Shown: positions 17,488-27,484 of the stretch, piece after piece
Position numbering within the stretch: position 1 is the first letter of the stretch
Layout of the letters: the number at the start of each line of letters is the position of its first letter
Source: a virus
Lineage: Duplodnaviria > Caudoviricetes
Length of the DNA: 46,439 nt
Reading direction: 5' to 3' (one strand)
Virus record (IMG/VR): IMGVR_UViG_3300048562_000013
Span: 1-46,439 of that record
Position numbers and translations under genes: made by a program
The notes under the pieces: generated by a model
Told to the model about the DNA's origin: nothing
The model's database searches: none
What the model saw: only the letters and a program-made list of their open reading frames with translations

Positions 17488-17874
17488 ATGACTGCTGGAG
17501 TGGGCAGAAACGTCACGCTGACCTGGGGCGGCGCTGGCATTGCCGGTGTGAAGGAGAAATCCTTCACGCTGAACAATGAGCCGATCGACATCACCAGCGA
17601 TGACGATGGCGGCTGGCGCACCATCCTCGACACGCCCGGCCAGAAGCAGGTCGAGCTGAAGGTCTCCGGCGTGACCAAGGATCGGCAGCTGATCGCCGAC
17701 TGGTTCGCGAACCAGCTGAGGCAGGCGGTGGATCTTGCCTATGAGGACGGCGCCCATATCGCCGGCGATTTCTTCCTCTCGGAATATTCCGACAAGGGCA
17801 ATTTCAAGGATGCCGTCGCCTTCGACGCCACCCTGATGTCGACGGGCGAGATCATCTACACCGCCGGCCCGTAA
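17488..17874 (+). CDS. Tail tube (major tail) protein
   Basis: NNEPIDITSDDDGGWRTIL...SGV...F.ATLMSTGEI (TP901-1/GTA-like tube). Confidence 0.9.
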   Translation: MTAGVGRNVTLTWGGAGIAGVKEKSFTLNNEPIDITSDDDGGWRTILDTPGQKQVELKVSGVTKDRQLIADWFANQLRQAVDLAYEDGAHIAGDFFLSEYSDKGNFKDAVAFDATLMSTGEIIYTAGP

Positions 17875-17925
17875 ACCTCGGCCTCGCTGAACACCTCAAC
17901 CTTCGACAATCCAGGAGCCTGAAGC

Positions 17926-18339
17926 ATGGCGGATCTAACGATCACGGCGGCAAGCGTCGTGAAAGGGGCAAATGCCAAGACGGAAATTGGCACCTTCGGC
18001 GGCACTGTCGCCGCCGGCAAATCGGTCTATCTCGACCCGACCGACAAGAAGTTCAAGCTCGCCGACGCCGACAGCGCCACGGCGGCCGTCCGCACCACGC
18101 GCGGCATTGCGCTGAACAGCGGCGACAACAACCAGCCGGCGGTGATCCAGACCAGCGGGCTGATCACGATCGGCGCCACCGTCGTCGTCGGCACGATCTA
18201 CGTGCAGTCGGACGTGGCGGGCGGCATCCGGCCGGCGGCGGACAATGGTAGCGGCGACTTCGTCACCGTCATCGGCATCGGCGTCTCGGCCAGCCAGATC
18301 GACCTGAACATCCACGCTAGCGGCGTGGCGGTGCCGTGA
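17926..18339 (+). CDS. Structural protein (DUF2190/cement-like), possibly a tail or head decoration
   Basis: AAGKSVYLD...KLADAD...GIAL...GTIYVQSD..GGI. Confidence 0.6.
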   Translation: MADLTITAASVVKGANAKTEIGTFGGTVAAGKSVYLDPTDKKFKLADADSATAAVRTTRGIALNSGDNNQPAVIQTSGLITIGATVVVGTIYVQSDVAGGIRPAADNGSGDFVTVIGIGVSASQIDLNIHASGVAVP

Positions 18340-18767
18340 TCATGGCTATTTTTCAGCCAGTTACTTTCGGATGGGGCGGCAAGGACTATACCGTACCAGC
18401 CGAGCGCGCCCTCGGTCTGATCGCGGAGATCGAAGAGGTGATGACCTTCATCGATCTCCTCGTCAACCGGGACAAGCCGAACCTGTCGAAGCTTGCCCGA
18501 GCCTATGGCGCGGCCTTGCGCTATGCCGGCGCCAGGGTGAGCGATGACGAGGTGTATGAAGGGCTCTTCAATCCCGGCAAGCTGTTCGAAGAAGTGCAGC
18601 AGGCGATTGCTGTCTTGTTGGCGATCATGACGCCTCCGAGCCTTGCCTCTGCAGTAAATTCTGAAGCGGACCCGAAATCTGGAGCCCGTTTCGGGGGAAA
18701 CCGGCCAGCCGCCCCGGCCCGATCGTCAAAGCGCTCTTCCAGGCGGCGGTCGGCGGCGGCTGGGTAA
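18336..18767 (+). CDS. Tail assembly chaperone (G-like)
   Basis: Between tail tube and tape measure; contains the slippery site G-GGA-AAC at 18695-18701. Confidence 0.85.
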   Translation: MIMAIFQPVTFGWGGKDYTVPAERALGLIAEIEEVMTFIDLLVNRDKPNLSKLARAYGAALRYAGARVSDDEVYEGLFNPGKLFEEVQQAIAVLLAIMTPPSLASAVNSEADPKSGARFGGNRPAAPARSSKRSSRRRSAAAG

Positions 18768-18904
18768 GCCCCTCGGAATTCTGGGCCATGCCGCCGCACA
18801 CCGTGTGGTGGCTGATCGAGGCGAAGACCCCGCGCAAAATGGTCGGCTCACTGACCGAAGACGAAGCCCTTGAGCTTTACGAGATGATCGATGGCCACAG
18901 CTGA
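18695..18904 (+). CDS. -1 frameshift extension of the tail chaperone (GT-like)
   Basis: The -1 frame reads KPASRPGPIVKALFQAAVGGGWVSPSEFWAMPPHTVWWLIEAK...DGHS*, carrying the P.eFW.m.P chaperone motif, with no start codon before the motif. Confidence 0.85.
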   Translation, partial: GKPASRPGPIVKALFQAAVGGGWVSPSEFWAMPPHTVWWLIEAKTPRKMVGSLTEDEALELYEMIDGHS

Positions 18905-20744
18905 AGTCGGGTCACTGCGCGTCACACTCGGCATGGACATTGCGGAGTTTATCGAAGGCAGCCAGAGAGCTGCGACCATGACGAGCGTTCTGGTGGCGAA
19001 GTTCGGTCTCATCGCCAGTGTCGCCGTGGCAGCCGGCACGGCGATCGCCGGTAAGCTGGGCTCCTCGATCGACAGCTATGTCACCTCGATCAAGGACGCC
19101 ATCAACGAGACCGACGATATCGCGAATGCGGCGAAGAAATTCGGGCTGAGCATATCCGAGGTGACGGGGCTCATCCGTGACAATGGCCTCTATGTCTCGA
19201 CGTTCAAGACGGGCATGGAGGCGCTGGGTGAGAGCATCTTCAAGGTGGCGTCCGGGGACGCCACCTCCGAGGCAGCGCGCGCCTTTGATGCTATCGGCGT
19301 CTCGGCTCTCAATGCGAACGGAAAAATGCGTCCGGTCGGCGACGTGCTGAAGGACATCGCCGGCAAGTTCGCGACCTACAAGGACGGTATCGAAAGGAAC
19401 ACGCTCGCCACCGACCTGTTCGGGAAGGCCGGCAAGGACATGGCCAATGTGCTGGACCTCGGCGCAAAGGCGTTCAAGGAGGACGCCGATGGCGCTCTCG
19501 ATCTCAGCCATGTGTTGTCGGATCTCTATAATAATGCGGCCAAGAAGCTCGGCGACGCATGGGACGAACTGTCCAACAGCTTTAGCAATTTCTTCGATGC
19601 GCTGACCGGGGGCCAGGTGACCTCCAAGGGGTTCGCTGCCACCGTGCGCGACTGGGGCAAGGCCGCACTCGATTCGCTTCCCTCTACCAGGCAGATCAAG
19701 GAAGCGATTGACGGCCTGTTCGAGGTCGCACTCAAGACCGAGCAGCGCTTCCAGCGGCTCGCGGCGAATATCTCCGGCATGGGCCGCGCGGTGATGGCTC
19801 TGTTCACCAGCGATGACGTCAAGACGGTCAATGACGAGACCGAGGCCGCTATCAAGAAGATCGATGCCAGCGCTGCGGCGAGCCTTGCGACGTTCCGGGC
19901 GCTCTCCGCGGGTTGGGGGGCGACGGCCGAGGATGTCAAAAAGGCTTCGACGTCCATTGCGATCACGGATGCGCCGATGAAGCAAACGCTGAAGGAGATC
20001 GCGGAAGCGCAGCGGGAATGGAACCGCTCGGTCACCGAAGGCGTCAATCTGGCCAAGCAGTCTGAGGCGCCGTGGACGAAATACAACCGGCAGATTACCG
20101 ATCTGGGCAATGCCTTCAAGGCCGGCAAGATCGATGTGGAACAGTACGCGCTGGCGCAAAAGAACGCGATCGAGCAAGCCAACATCGCATTCGCCGGCGG
20201 CGCCGAGCTGATCGCCAAGAACACCTCGCCTTATCAGCAGATGCAGGTCGAGATCCAGAAGCTGACGGATAAGTTCAATGCCGGCGCTATCTCGGCCGAA
20301 GCCTTTGGCCAGGCGCAGCAGCAGGCGGCGCTGGTGGCAGTGCAGGGCTACGCCAGCGGCGCGGCCAACATCGCCAGCTCGCTGACCCAGGTGTTCTCCA
20401 AGTCCAAGGGCGTCGCCATCGCTTCGGCGATCATCAATTCCTTCCAGGCGGCCTCGAATGCACTGGCGCAAGTCCCGTACCCGTTGAATTTCGCCGCGGC
20501 CGCTGCCGCGCTCGCCGCCGGCTTCGTGCAGGTGCAGAACATCCGAAAGACCACGGAAGGCGGCGGGGGCGGAGGCGGCTCCGCGGCAAGCGCGCCGGCG
20601 GCCACAGCACCAACACAAGCGCCGCAGCAACTGCGCGTTGAAGGTATCAACCCGAACTCGCTGTTCACCGGCAGCGCCGTCAAATCACTGGCTGATGCCC
20701 TGCTGAACTTCCAGCGTGACGGCGGACAGGTGGTGTTGGCATGA
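18891..20744 (+). CDS. Tape measure protein
   Basis: VGSLRVTLG start, Ala-rich helical body, DLFGKAG, AAAALAAGFVQVQNI. Confidence 0.92.
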   Translation: MATAEVGSLRVTLGMDIAEFIEGSQRAATMTSVLVAKFGLIASVAVAAGTAIAGKLGSSIDSYVTSIKDAINETDDIANAAKKFGLSISEVTGLIRDNGLYVSTFKTGMEALGESIFKVASGDATSEAARAFDAIGVSALNANGKMRPVGDVLKDIAGKFATYKDGIERNTLATDLFGKAGKDMANVLDLGAKAFKEDADGALDLSHVLSDLYNNAAKKLGDAWDELSNSFSNFFDALTGGQVTSKGFAATVRDWGKAALDSLPSTRQIKEAIDGLFEVALKTEQRFQRLAANISGMGRAVMALFTSDDVKTVNDETEAAIKKIDASAAASLATFRALSAGWGATAEDVKKASTSIAITDAPMKQTLKEIAEAQREWNRSVTEGVNLAKQSEAPWTKYNRQITDLGNAFKAGKIDVEQYALAQKNAIEQANIAFAGGAELIAKNTSPYQQMQVEIQKLTDKFNAGAISAEAFGQAQQQAALVAVQGYASGAANIASSLTQVFSKSKGVAIASAIINSFQAASNALAQVPYPLNFAAAAAALAAGFVQVQNIRKTTEGGGGGGGSAASAPAATAPTQAPQQLRVEGINPNSLFTGSAVKSLADALLNFQRDGGQVVLA

Positions 20745-21589
20745 CCGGAACCGTCATCACGCAAAACCTGGTCATCACGCCCGGCGTCGACGGCATCAAC
20801 GCCGACAATCCGATCATCGGCTACCGGAATCTGGTCGCGGCTGGCAATATCTCCGCCACCAGCGCGGCGGCGGGCTTTCCGGCCAGCAACCTCGCCAATC
20901 CGGCGACGCATCTGCTGTGGAAGTCGACCCCGCTGCCGGTGGCGGACCAGTATCTGACCGTCATTCTCGATAGTCCCGACGATGTCGATTACCTCGCCGT
21001 CGCCGCGCATAATTTCGGCTCCGGGCTGATGGTGGTCTCGGTCGAGGGTAATCCGAATGATCCCGACACCCATCCCGGCGACTGGTTCGAGCTGATCTCG
21101 GAACGGCTGCTGGTGACGGACGGCCCGATCATCTTCCGCTGGACGCCGCAATCGCTGTTCGCCGTGCGGCTTCGTATCCAGCCGAGCGCGGCCGACACGC
21201 CGCTTACGCCGCAGCTGGCCGTGATGTATGTCGGCCTGCTGCTCACGCTGCAGCGCCGGATCTATGTCGGCCACTCGCCGATGCCCTATGCGCGCCAGCT
21301 GCAGGTCGCCAATCTGAAAAGTGTCTCCGGCGCCTTCCTCGGCAGGATCGTGCTCGGCCAGACGCGCAAAACCTCGGTCAACCTGCAGAACATCGGCGCG
21401 AGTTGGTTCCGGGCCTATCTGGACCCGTTCCTGGTCGCGGCGCAGGAAATCCCGTTCTTCTTCGCCTGGCGGCCCGGCACGTATGCCCAGGAGGCGGGCT
21501 TCGCCTGGCTGACCGATGATCCCGACCCCTCCAATATGCGCGCCAACGGCATGATGCAGGTCTCGATGCGCATGGAAGGCATCGCATGA
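20741..21589 (+). CDS. Distal tail/baseplate protein
   Basis: Follows the tape measure; PFFFAWRP, YLAVAAHN. Confidence 0.75.
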   Translation: MTGTVITQNLVITPGVDGINADNPIIGYRNLVAAGNISATSAAAGFPASNLANPATHLLWKSTPLPVADQYLTVILDSPDDVDYLAVAAHNFGSGLMVVSVEGNPNDPDTHPGDWFELISERLLVTDGPIIFRWTPQSLFAVRLRIQPSAADTPLTPQLAVMYVGLLLTLQRRIYVGHSPMPYARQLQVANLKSVSGAFLGRIVLGQTRKTSVNLQNIGASWFRAYLDPFLVAAQEIPFFFAWRPGTYAQEAGFAWLTDDPDPSNMRANGMMQVSMRMEGIA

Positions 21590-23934
21590 CGAAGGCCCTC
21601 ACCTATGTCGAGATCGATGTGCCGCGGTTCGATGGCGATCCTGGGACGGAGACCTTCCGCTTTGCCCAGGCGACCGACTATCTGTCCAACAGCATCGACG
21701 CCATCCCCTCGATCGGCGACGTGTCGTTCTCGCCGGCGACGATCTCGCTCGGCGAGAATCTCGGCATGCGCGCCTCGCTGAAGATCGCCTTCAACGATCA
21801 CAAGCACGTCTTCAACGGTGAGCCCTACGGCCAGGGCACGTTCTGGGGCAAATGGCGGGGCCGCTACGGCACGAAGCTCCGCGGGTGCCCGGTCCGGCTG
21901 ATCCGCGGCGTCGTCGGTCAGACGCTCGAGCAGATGGAGACCCGACACTACATCCTCGAGGCGAGCGAGGGGCCGACGCCCGGCGCCTCCTACATGATCG
22001 AGGCCAAGGATGTTCTGAAGCTCGCCGACGACGACCGCGCCCAGGCACCTTACATCTCCAACGGCAAGCTGACAGGCGCCATCAACTCGTCGACGACATC
22101 GGCGGCGCTGACACCGACCGGCATCGGCAATCTGGAATATCCCGCGTCGGGCTGGATCTGCCTCGGCGGCAAGGAAGTCGTCGCCTTCACCCGCTCCGGT
22201 GACGCCCTGACCATCACCCGCGGCCAGTTCGGCTCCGTCGCGCAGCAGCACAGCGCCGGTGACCGCGCGCAGCTCGTGCTGCGCTATGACGGCGATAATG
22301 TCGCCGATATCCTCTATGACCTGTTCGTCACCTATGCCGGCGTGCCGGCGGGCTATATCAATCTGGCCGAATGGCAGGCCGAGACCGCGGCGCAGCTCGG
22401 CGTGATTTATGCGGCGACACTCTGCGAGGCGACCAGCGTCCGGAAACTGGTCTCCGAGCTGATCCAGCAAGCCGCGCTCGCCGTCTGGTGGGATGACCGG
22501 GCGCAAAAGATCCGCCTGCAGGTGCTGCGCGAGATATCGACCGACGCCGACACCTTCGGCGAGGACCGCATCATCGCCGGCTCGCTGAGCGTCAAAGAGC
22601 AGCCGACCAAGCGCATCAGCCAGATCTGGAGCTATTACGGCCAGCGCGATCCGACCGATGCTGCGGCAAAGGAAGACGGCTACCGGGCGGCGCTGGCGAC
22701 CGTCGACCTGACGACCGAGGATGCCTATGGCTCGGCGGCCGTGACCAAGCTGCAATGCCGCTGGATCGAGACGCTGTCGGCGGCCGAGCGCCTCAATCAA
22801 ATCCAGCTCAGTCGCTTCCGCGATCCGCCACGCAATTTCAACTTCTCGCTGGCCTTCAACGAGCTGGTCAATCTTGCCGGCGGCTATCAGCTCACATGGT
22901 GGGCCAACCAGGACGAGACCGGCCTGGCAGTCCCGGCAAAGATCCAGATCACCAAGATCACCCGCCATCCGGACCGGATCGAGATCGAAGCTGAGGAGAT
23001 GCTGGCTTCCGGCGTCATCGTGCTGACGCACACGGTCATCCTGACCACCACCGGCTCATTGCTGAGCTGGCAGGTGCCGGCCACATGGAACAATGCCGAT
23101 AATTCGATCGCGGTGCTCGGCGGCGGCGGCGGCGGTTCCAATGGCGGCAGCGCCGATGGCGGCAAGGGCGGCGGCGGCGCCGCCTTCTCAGCGATCAGCA
23201 ATCTCACGCTGACGCCGGGCGCAATGATCTCCTACCGCGTCGGCATCGGCGGTCCACCGCAGACCGATGGCGGCGACAGTTGGTTCAACGGCGCGACGCT
23301 CGCCGCCTCCTCGGTCGGCGCCAAGGGCGGCAAGGGCGCCACCGGCAGAGCGACGGGCGGCCAGGGCGGCCTTGCCTCCGAAGGCGTCGGCACCATCAAG
23401 ACCTCGGGCGGCACCGGCGGCAACGGCGGCAGCCATGATGATGAGCGTGGTGGCGGCGGTGGCGGCGGCGGTGCCGGCGGCCCGAACGGCAATGGCGCCA
23501 ATGGCGGCGGCGTGCAGCAGGATAACGGTTCCGGCGCGGGCGGCGGCGGGGCTGACGGCGGCTCCGATGGCCAGGGGTTCATCGGCGGGTCCGGCAGCGA
23601 ACTCGCCGGCGACGGCGGCAACAACCGTTTCAATTTCGGCGGCGGAACCTCCAGTCAGCCGACCGGCCAGGAAGGCGGCGGCGGCCGCGGCGATGACGGC
23701 ACCGGCGTCGGCGCCGGCGGCAATGGCGAGCAGCTCTATACCCAGACTGAGGCGCCGATTTTCTCGGCCGGTCCTGGCGGCGGCGGTGGCGGCGGGCGGG
23801 AAAGCTCGCCCTCCAATCGCGGCGGGAATGGCGGGCTCTATGGCGGCGGCGCTGGCGGCGGTGGCGCCAATAGCGGCGGCGGCGGTACCGGCGGGCAAGG
23901 CGTGATCGCGATCACTTGGAGAGAGGCAAGCTAA
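21586..23934 (+). CDS. Tail tip/hub protein with a C-terminal glycine-rich domain
   Basis: Hub-like N-terminus (IEAKDVLKL, ITRGQFGS); W.VP...GGGGGG...YGGGAGGG...GGQGVIAITW Gly-rich module. Confidence 0.8.
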   Translation: MTKALTYVEIDVPRFDGDPGTETFRFAQATDYLSNSIDAIPSIGDVSFSPATISLGENLGMRASLKIAFNDHKHVFNGEPYGQGTFWGKWRGRYGTKLRGCPVRLIRGVVGQTLEQMETRHYILEASEGPTPGASYMIEAKDVLKLADDDRAQAPYISNGKLTGAINSSTTSAALTPTGIGNLEYPASGWICLGGKEVVAFTRSGDALTITRGQFGSVAQQHSAGDRAQLVLRYDGDNVADILYDLFVTYAGVPAGYINLAEWQAETAAQLGVIYAATLCEATSVRKLVSELIQQAALAVWWDDRAQKIRLQVLREISTDADTFGEDRIIAGSLSVKEQPTKRISQIWSYYGQRDPTDAAAKEDGYRAALATVDLTTEDAYGSAAVTKLQCRWIETLSAAERLNQIQLSRFRDPPRNFNFSLAFNELVNLAGGYQLTWWANQDETGLAVPAKIQITKITRHPDRIEIEAEEMLASGVIVLTHTVILTTTGSLLSWQVPATWNNADNSIAVLGGGGGGSNGGSADGGKGGGGAAFSAISNLTLTPGAMISYRVGIGGPPQTDGGDSWFNGATLAASSVGAKGGKGATGRATGGQGGLASEGVGTIKTSGGTGGNGGSHDDERGGGGGGGGAGGPNGNGANGGGVQQDNGSGAGGGGADGGSDGQGFIGGSGSELAGDGGNNRFNFGGGTSSQPTGQEGGGGRGDDGTGVGAGGNGEQLYTQTEAPIFSAGPGGGGGGGRESSPSNRGGNGGLYGGGAGGGGANSGGGGTGGQGVIAITWREAS

Positions 23935-25188
23935 ATGGTCCTGGCACGATGGCAGGCGACGATCGTCGATGATGCGGGCAACGTCCAGAATGGCGCCTCG
24001 GTCGAGGTGCGCCTGGAGACTGGCGGCGCGCCGCTCGCCACGATCTATTCCGATCGCGCCGGCGCCACGCCGGTCAGCAATCCGATCACCGTCGGCGCCG
24101 ACGGCTTTGCCGCGTTCCATGTCGCCGGCGGCGCCTATAAGATCACGGCGACGAAGGGCGGCTTCTCAAGGCAATGGCGTTATGTCGGGATCGGCCTCGC
24201 ATCCGAGCAGGATTCCGCACCGATCGGCATTTCCTACATCTATGACGCTGCGACTGCTGATGCCGATCCCGGTGTCGGATTTTTCCGCTTCAATAATGCC
24301 ACGCCCGGCAGCGCCACAGCACTATATCTCGACAACATCGACGCGGATGGCCTGACGGAGACCAGCTGGCTCGACACCTTTGATGATGCCGGTAGCTCCG
24401 GCGACCGCGGCACGGTGGTGCTTCGCTCCTCAAATGGCGGCGCCTTGCTGGTCGCACGGATCACAGGGAGCGTCGTCGACGGCTCCGGATATCGCAAGCT
24501 GACGGTTTCCGTGCTGGCCGCGAGTGATGCCGCAGCGTTCATCGCGGGGTCACGCTTCAGCCTGATTTTCAACCGCGCCGGCCCAGCGGGCGCAACGGGC
24601 GCAACTGGAGCTACGGGTGCGACCGGAGCGACCGGAGCGACAGGCGCGACTGGCGCTACGGGGCCGTCGAGCGCCGGAAAGCATACGATCTGGGTGCCGG
24701 CGAGCGCAATGGTGCTTGGCGCGGTGAATGCACCCTCATCCTCGACCTCGCGCGTCGGCGATGTCGCCAAATATCTGCTGAGCTACGACGCCACCAGCTT
24801 CGAGGAAGCGTTCTTCAGCATCGCGATGCCGAAGAGCTGGAATGTCGGCTCGTTCAGTTTCAAGGCGGTCTGGACCCATGGTGCGACAGCGACGAATTTC
24901 GGCGTCGTCTGGCAGCTGGTCGCCACGCCAGTCTCAAATGACGACACGCTCAACATCACATTGGCGGACGGCGTCCAGGTCACCGATACCGGCGGCACGA
25001 CCAACGATCAGTATGTCACGGATGAAAGCGGCGCGCTGACCCTGACCACAATCGCGCCAGCTGCTCAGGACGTGATCTATTTCCGCTTCGCACGGCTGCC
25101 TGGCGATGGCGCAGACACTCTGGCGATCGACGCCAGTCTTATCGGCATCATGCTTTATTACACCACCAACGCCGAGACGGACGCCTGA
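23935..25188 (+). CDS. Tail fibre/receptor-binding protein with a collagen-like segment
   Basis: ATIYSD..G.TP..NPI, ADADPG.G.FRFNNA, GPA(GAT)8GPS, beta-sandwich C-terminus. Confidence 0.8.
   Translation: MVLARWQATIVDDAGNVQNGASVEVRLETGGAPLATIYSDRAGATPVSNPITVGADGFAAFHVAGGAYKITATKGGFSRQWRYVGIGLASEQDSAPIGISYIYDAATADADPGVGFFRFNNATPGSATALYLDNIDADGLTETSWLDTFDDAGSSGDRGTVVLRSSNGGALLVARITGSVVDGSGYRKLTVSVLAASDAAAFIAGSRFSLIFNRAGPAGATGATGATGATGATGATGATGATGPSSAGKHTIWVPASAMVLGAVNAPSSSTSRVGDVAKYLLSYDATSFEEAFFSIAMPKSWNVGSFSFKAVWTHGATATNFGVVWQLVATPVSNDDTLNITLADGVQVTDTGGTTNDQYVTDESGALTLTTIAPAAQDVIYFRFARLPGDGADTLAIDASLIGIMLYYTTNAETDA
24580..24669 (+). repeat. Collagen-like Gly-X-Y coding repeat, (GAT)8
   Basis: Ten Gly-X-Y triplets; synonymous codons vary between units. 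Confidence 0.9.
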
Positions 25189-25856
25189 TGCTGCAGGTCA
25201 ACCAGCTTTGCGGTTTTGGAGCTTTGTCTGGGCGAGCCCCGCTCACGACGCTGACCCTGTTCGGCTCCGCGGTGGGAACGAGCACAGGGACGGTCAACAA
25301 CGCCGTCACGGCGCCAGCCTCGATCCAGGCCGGCGACCTGATGATATTCTGTCAGACGAACACCAGTAACAACGCCACGCTGCCGTCGGGCTTCACCCTG
25401 ATTAATACGATCACCGACGGCACCACCCTGATCTCTACCAGCTACAAGATAGCTGCGGGAAATGAAGGCGGCACCACAATCACAGGTGCGACGGGCCTTG
25501 CATTCCAGTCCACGATCCTTGCGGTCTTCCGTGGTGATGTCCCGATTTCCGCTGTTACGGTCGCTAGCGTCGCATCGCAGAACGCGGGAACAAATACTCC
25601 CACAAATCAGGTTGTCACATCGAGCACGGGCCTCGCGCCGCTGATCGTCTTTGGTGGATACCGGGCGGCGAATACCGGCGCAGACATCTCGCCGCGTGGC
25701 ATGTCGCCGGCCAAAGACGGCGAATTCAATTCGACCTTCCTGAAGCACTATCTCGCCTACAAAATTTACAACGCGTCGCCGGCGAACGTCACGGTGTCCA
25801 TGGCCGATCACGGCGTTACGAATATGCTGCAGTCGTTCTATCTCGCCGCGGCCTAG
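25188..25856 (+). CDS. Putative accessory tail fibre protein
   Basis: PASIQAGDLMIF...LPSGFTLI...YKIA.G.E pattern; Thr/Ser-rich; coupled to the upstream gene. Confidence 0.65.
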   Translation: MLQVNQLCGFGALSGRAPLTTLTLFGSAVGTSTGTVNNAVTAPASIQAGDLMIFCQTNTSNNATLPSGFTLINTITDGTTLISTSYKIAAGNEGGTTITGATGLAFQSTILAVFRGDVPISAVTVASVASQNAGTNTPTNQVVTSSTGLAPLIVFGGYRAANTGADISPRGMSPAKDGEFNSTFLKHYLAYKIYNASPANVTVSMADHGVTNMLQSFYLAAA

Positions 25857-25949
25857 GAACGTCCCGGCCAATACCGCAAGATCGCGCCATGCCCACGGCG
25901 CGGCTGAACCAGCCTCTCGACGAGGCAAAATCCCACAAAGGAAAACCGG

Positions 25950-26705
25950 ATGCGTATTTTCGACGCTATTCTGGCGTGGCTGCTCGGCAAGCCGGCGGCG
26001 CGTCCAGCTGATCTGCCAATTGAGGTCCCCAGCAGCGGCGAACGCCCATGGTTGGCGCTTGCCCGTGCCGAACTCGGCACCAAGGAAGCGCCCGGCGAGG
26101 CCAACAATCCAAAAGTGCTGAAATACTACACCGACGCCGGTCACCCCGAGATCAACGCAGACAGCGTTGCATGGTGCGCGGCGTTTGCGGGCGCCATGCT
26201 GGAGCGATCGGGCACGCCGTGCTCCAAGCAGCTCAACGCCCGCTCCTACCTGACGTGGGGCAAGCCGGTAACGAAGCCATACCCCGGCTGCGTCGCGGTG
26301 TTCTCTCGCGGCGATCCGCGCGGCTGGGAAGGCCATGTCGGCTTTTTCCTCGAGCGGCACGGCGATGACATCCTGATCATCGCCGGCAACCAGGGCGACG
26401 CGGTTTCGATCGGCAAGGAGCCGGCGTCGCGTCTGCTCGGCTACAGAGAGCCGGTGACAGCGGGAAATTCCCGCACGGTGCGGGCCAGCGCCGCCGGCAC
26501 CATCGGCGATGGCCTGGTGATCGCCGCCGTCTCCGGCAAGGGCATCGTCGAGAGCCTCCCCGACGCGCTGGCGATCGGCGACGGCATCAAGAGCCTGGCC
26601 ACGACCTGGCCATGGTTCGCGGTGATCGGCATCGCCATCTCGCTCGCCGCCCGCGCGGCCGTGATCTATGCGCGGGTCTCTGATCTTCAGGAGAAGGGGC
26701 GCTGA
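25950..26705 (+). CDS. Endolysin-like TIGR02594/CHAP-type peptidase with a C-terminal hydrophobic tail
   Basis: PWLALARAELG.KE.PG..NNP, WCAAF, ARSYL.WG, GHVGF, GNQGDAV. Confidence 0.9.
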   Translation: MRIFDAILAWLLGKPAARPADLPIEVPSSGERPWLALARAELGTKEAPGEANNPKVLKYYTDAGHPEINADSVAWCAAFAGAMLERSGTPCSKQLNARSYLTWGKPVTKPYPGCVAVFSRGDPRGWEGHVGFFLERHGDDILIIAGNQGDAVSIGKEPASRLLGYREPVTAGNSRTVRASAAGTIGDGLVIAAVSGKGIVESLPDALAIGDGIKSLATTWPWFAVIGIAISLAARAAVIYARVSDLQEKGR

Positions 26706-26707
26706 GA

Positions 26708-27054
26708 TGAATGTCATCGCCGCGATCGGAGCCGCCCTCTGGCCGCTCTTGCGCATGCTGGCGCCCGCAATGACGCCGAAGCTCACACTGGCCGGGATTG
26801 CTGCACTGGGCCTCCTGGTGAGCCACGGCGCCCTCTACGCCTATGTCAGGGTCAAAGCTCATGACGAGAAGGTCTACGCGCTGTTGCTGCGCGACCTCGA
26901 ATGGAAAGAAGAGATCGAGAAGGAAAAAGAGGCCCATGCCGCTCAAATCAAACAGGCGCTCGACAAGGCCGCTGGCGAGCCTGCTACTCCTGCCGATGCT
27001 GCTCAGCGCCTGCAGCTCTGCCGAAAAAGCCCCACTTGCCGTGACGGTCGTTAA
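26708..27054 (+). CDS. Rz-like inner-membrane spanin
   Basis: N-terminal TM, coiled coil, C-terminal Cys pair; overlaps a lipoprotein gene. Confidence 0.6.
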
Positions 27055-27178
27055 TTCCGGCTGCGATGCCTTCGGCCAGATCACCTGGTCTCAGCAGGAC
27101 ACGCCGGAGACGTCGACCGCCGTGCGGCGTCATAACCGCACCTATGCCGAGCTTTGCCCGAAGGCGCCTTCCCGATGA
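26936..27178 (+). CDS. Rz1-like outer-membrane spanin lipoprotein
   Basis: MPLKSNRRSTRPLASLLLLPMLLSAC lipobox; C..F..ITWS..DT.ET...VRRHN..Y..LC; overlaps Rz in another frame. Confidence 0.75.
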   Translation: MPLKSNRRSTRPLASLLLLPMLLSACSSAEKAPLAVTVVNSGCDAFGQITWSQQDTPETSTAVRRHNRTYAELCPKAPSR

Positions 27179-27190
27179 GCGATGTGGCCT

Positions 27191-27484
27191 ATGACCTATC
27201 CTGGTTTCGATCCCGTATCGGAAGCGAGGTTCCGGGCGACGATCGAGGTGGAGCTGCGGCACGTCCAGGGACAGATCGGGCTACTCTGGGATCATCACGG
27301 CAAGCGGCGCGAGGAAATCAAGGCAGTCAGCAAGGATCTCGTGCGGCGGATCGAGGTGCTCGATCGGAAGGCGTCAGCGGAGATCGAGGCGATCAAGAGC
27401 CGGATCAACGGCGCCGTCTACGCGGTCGCCGCGGCGGCGCTGGCCGCCTTGTGGATTTTGATCAAGCCGCGGCTCGGGTTTTGA
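27191..27484 (+). CDS. Coiled-coil protein with a C-terminal TM helix (lysis-cassette associated)
   Basis: Coiled coil followed by AVYAVAAAALAALWILI. Confidence 0.6.
   Translation: MTYPGFDPVSEARFRATIEVELRHVQGQIGLLWDHHGKRREEIKAVSKDLVRRIEVLDRKASAEIEAIKSRINGAVYAVAAAALAALWILIKPRLGF

Noticed and set aside
21586-25856. Diversity-generating retroelement or invertible tail-fibre switch
   Set aside because: No reverse transcriptase or invertase in the window and no TR/VR pair or flanking inverted repeats seen
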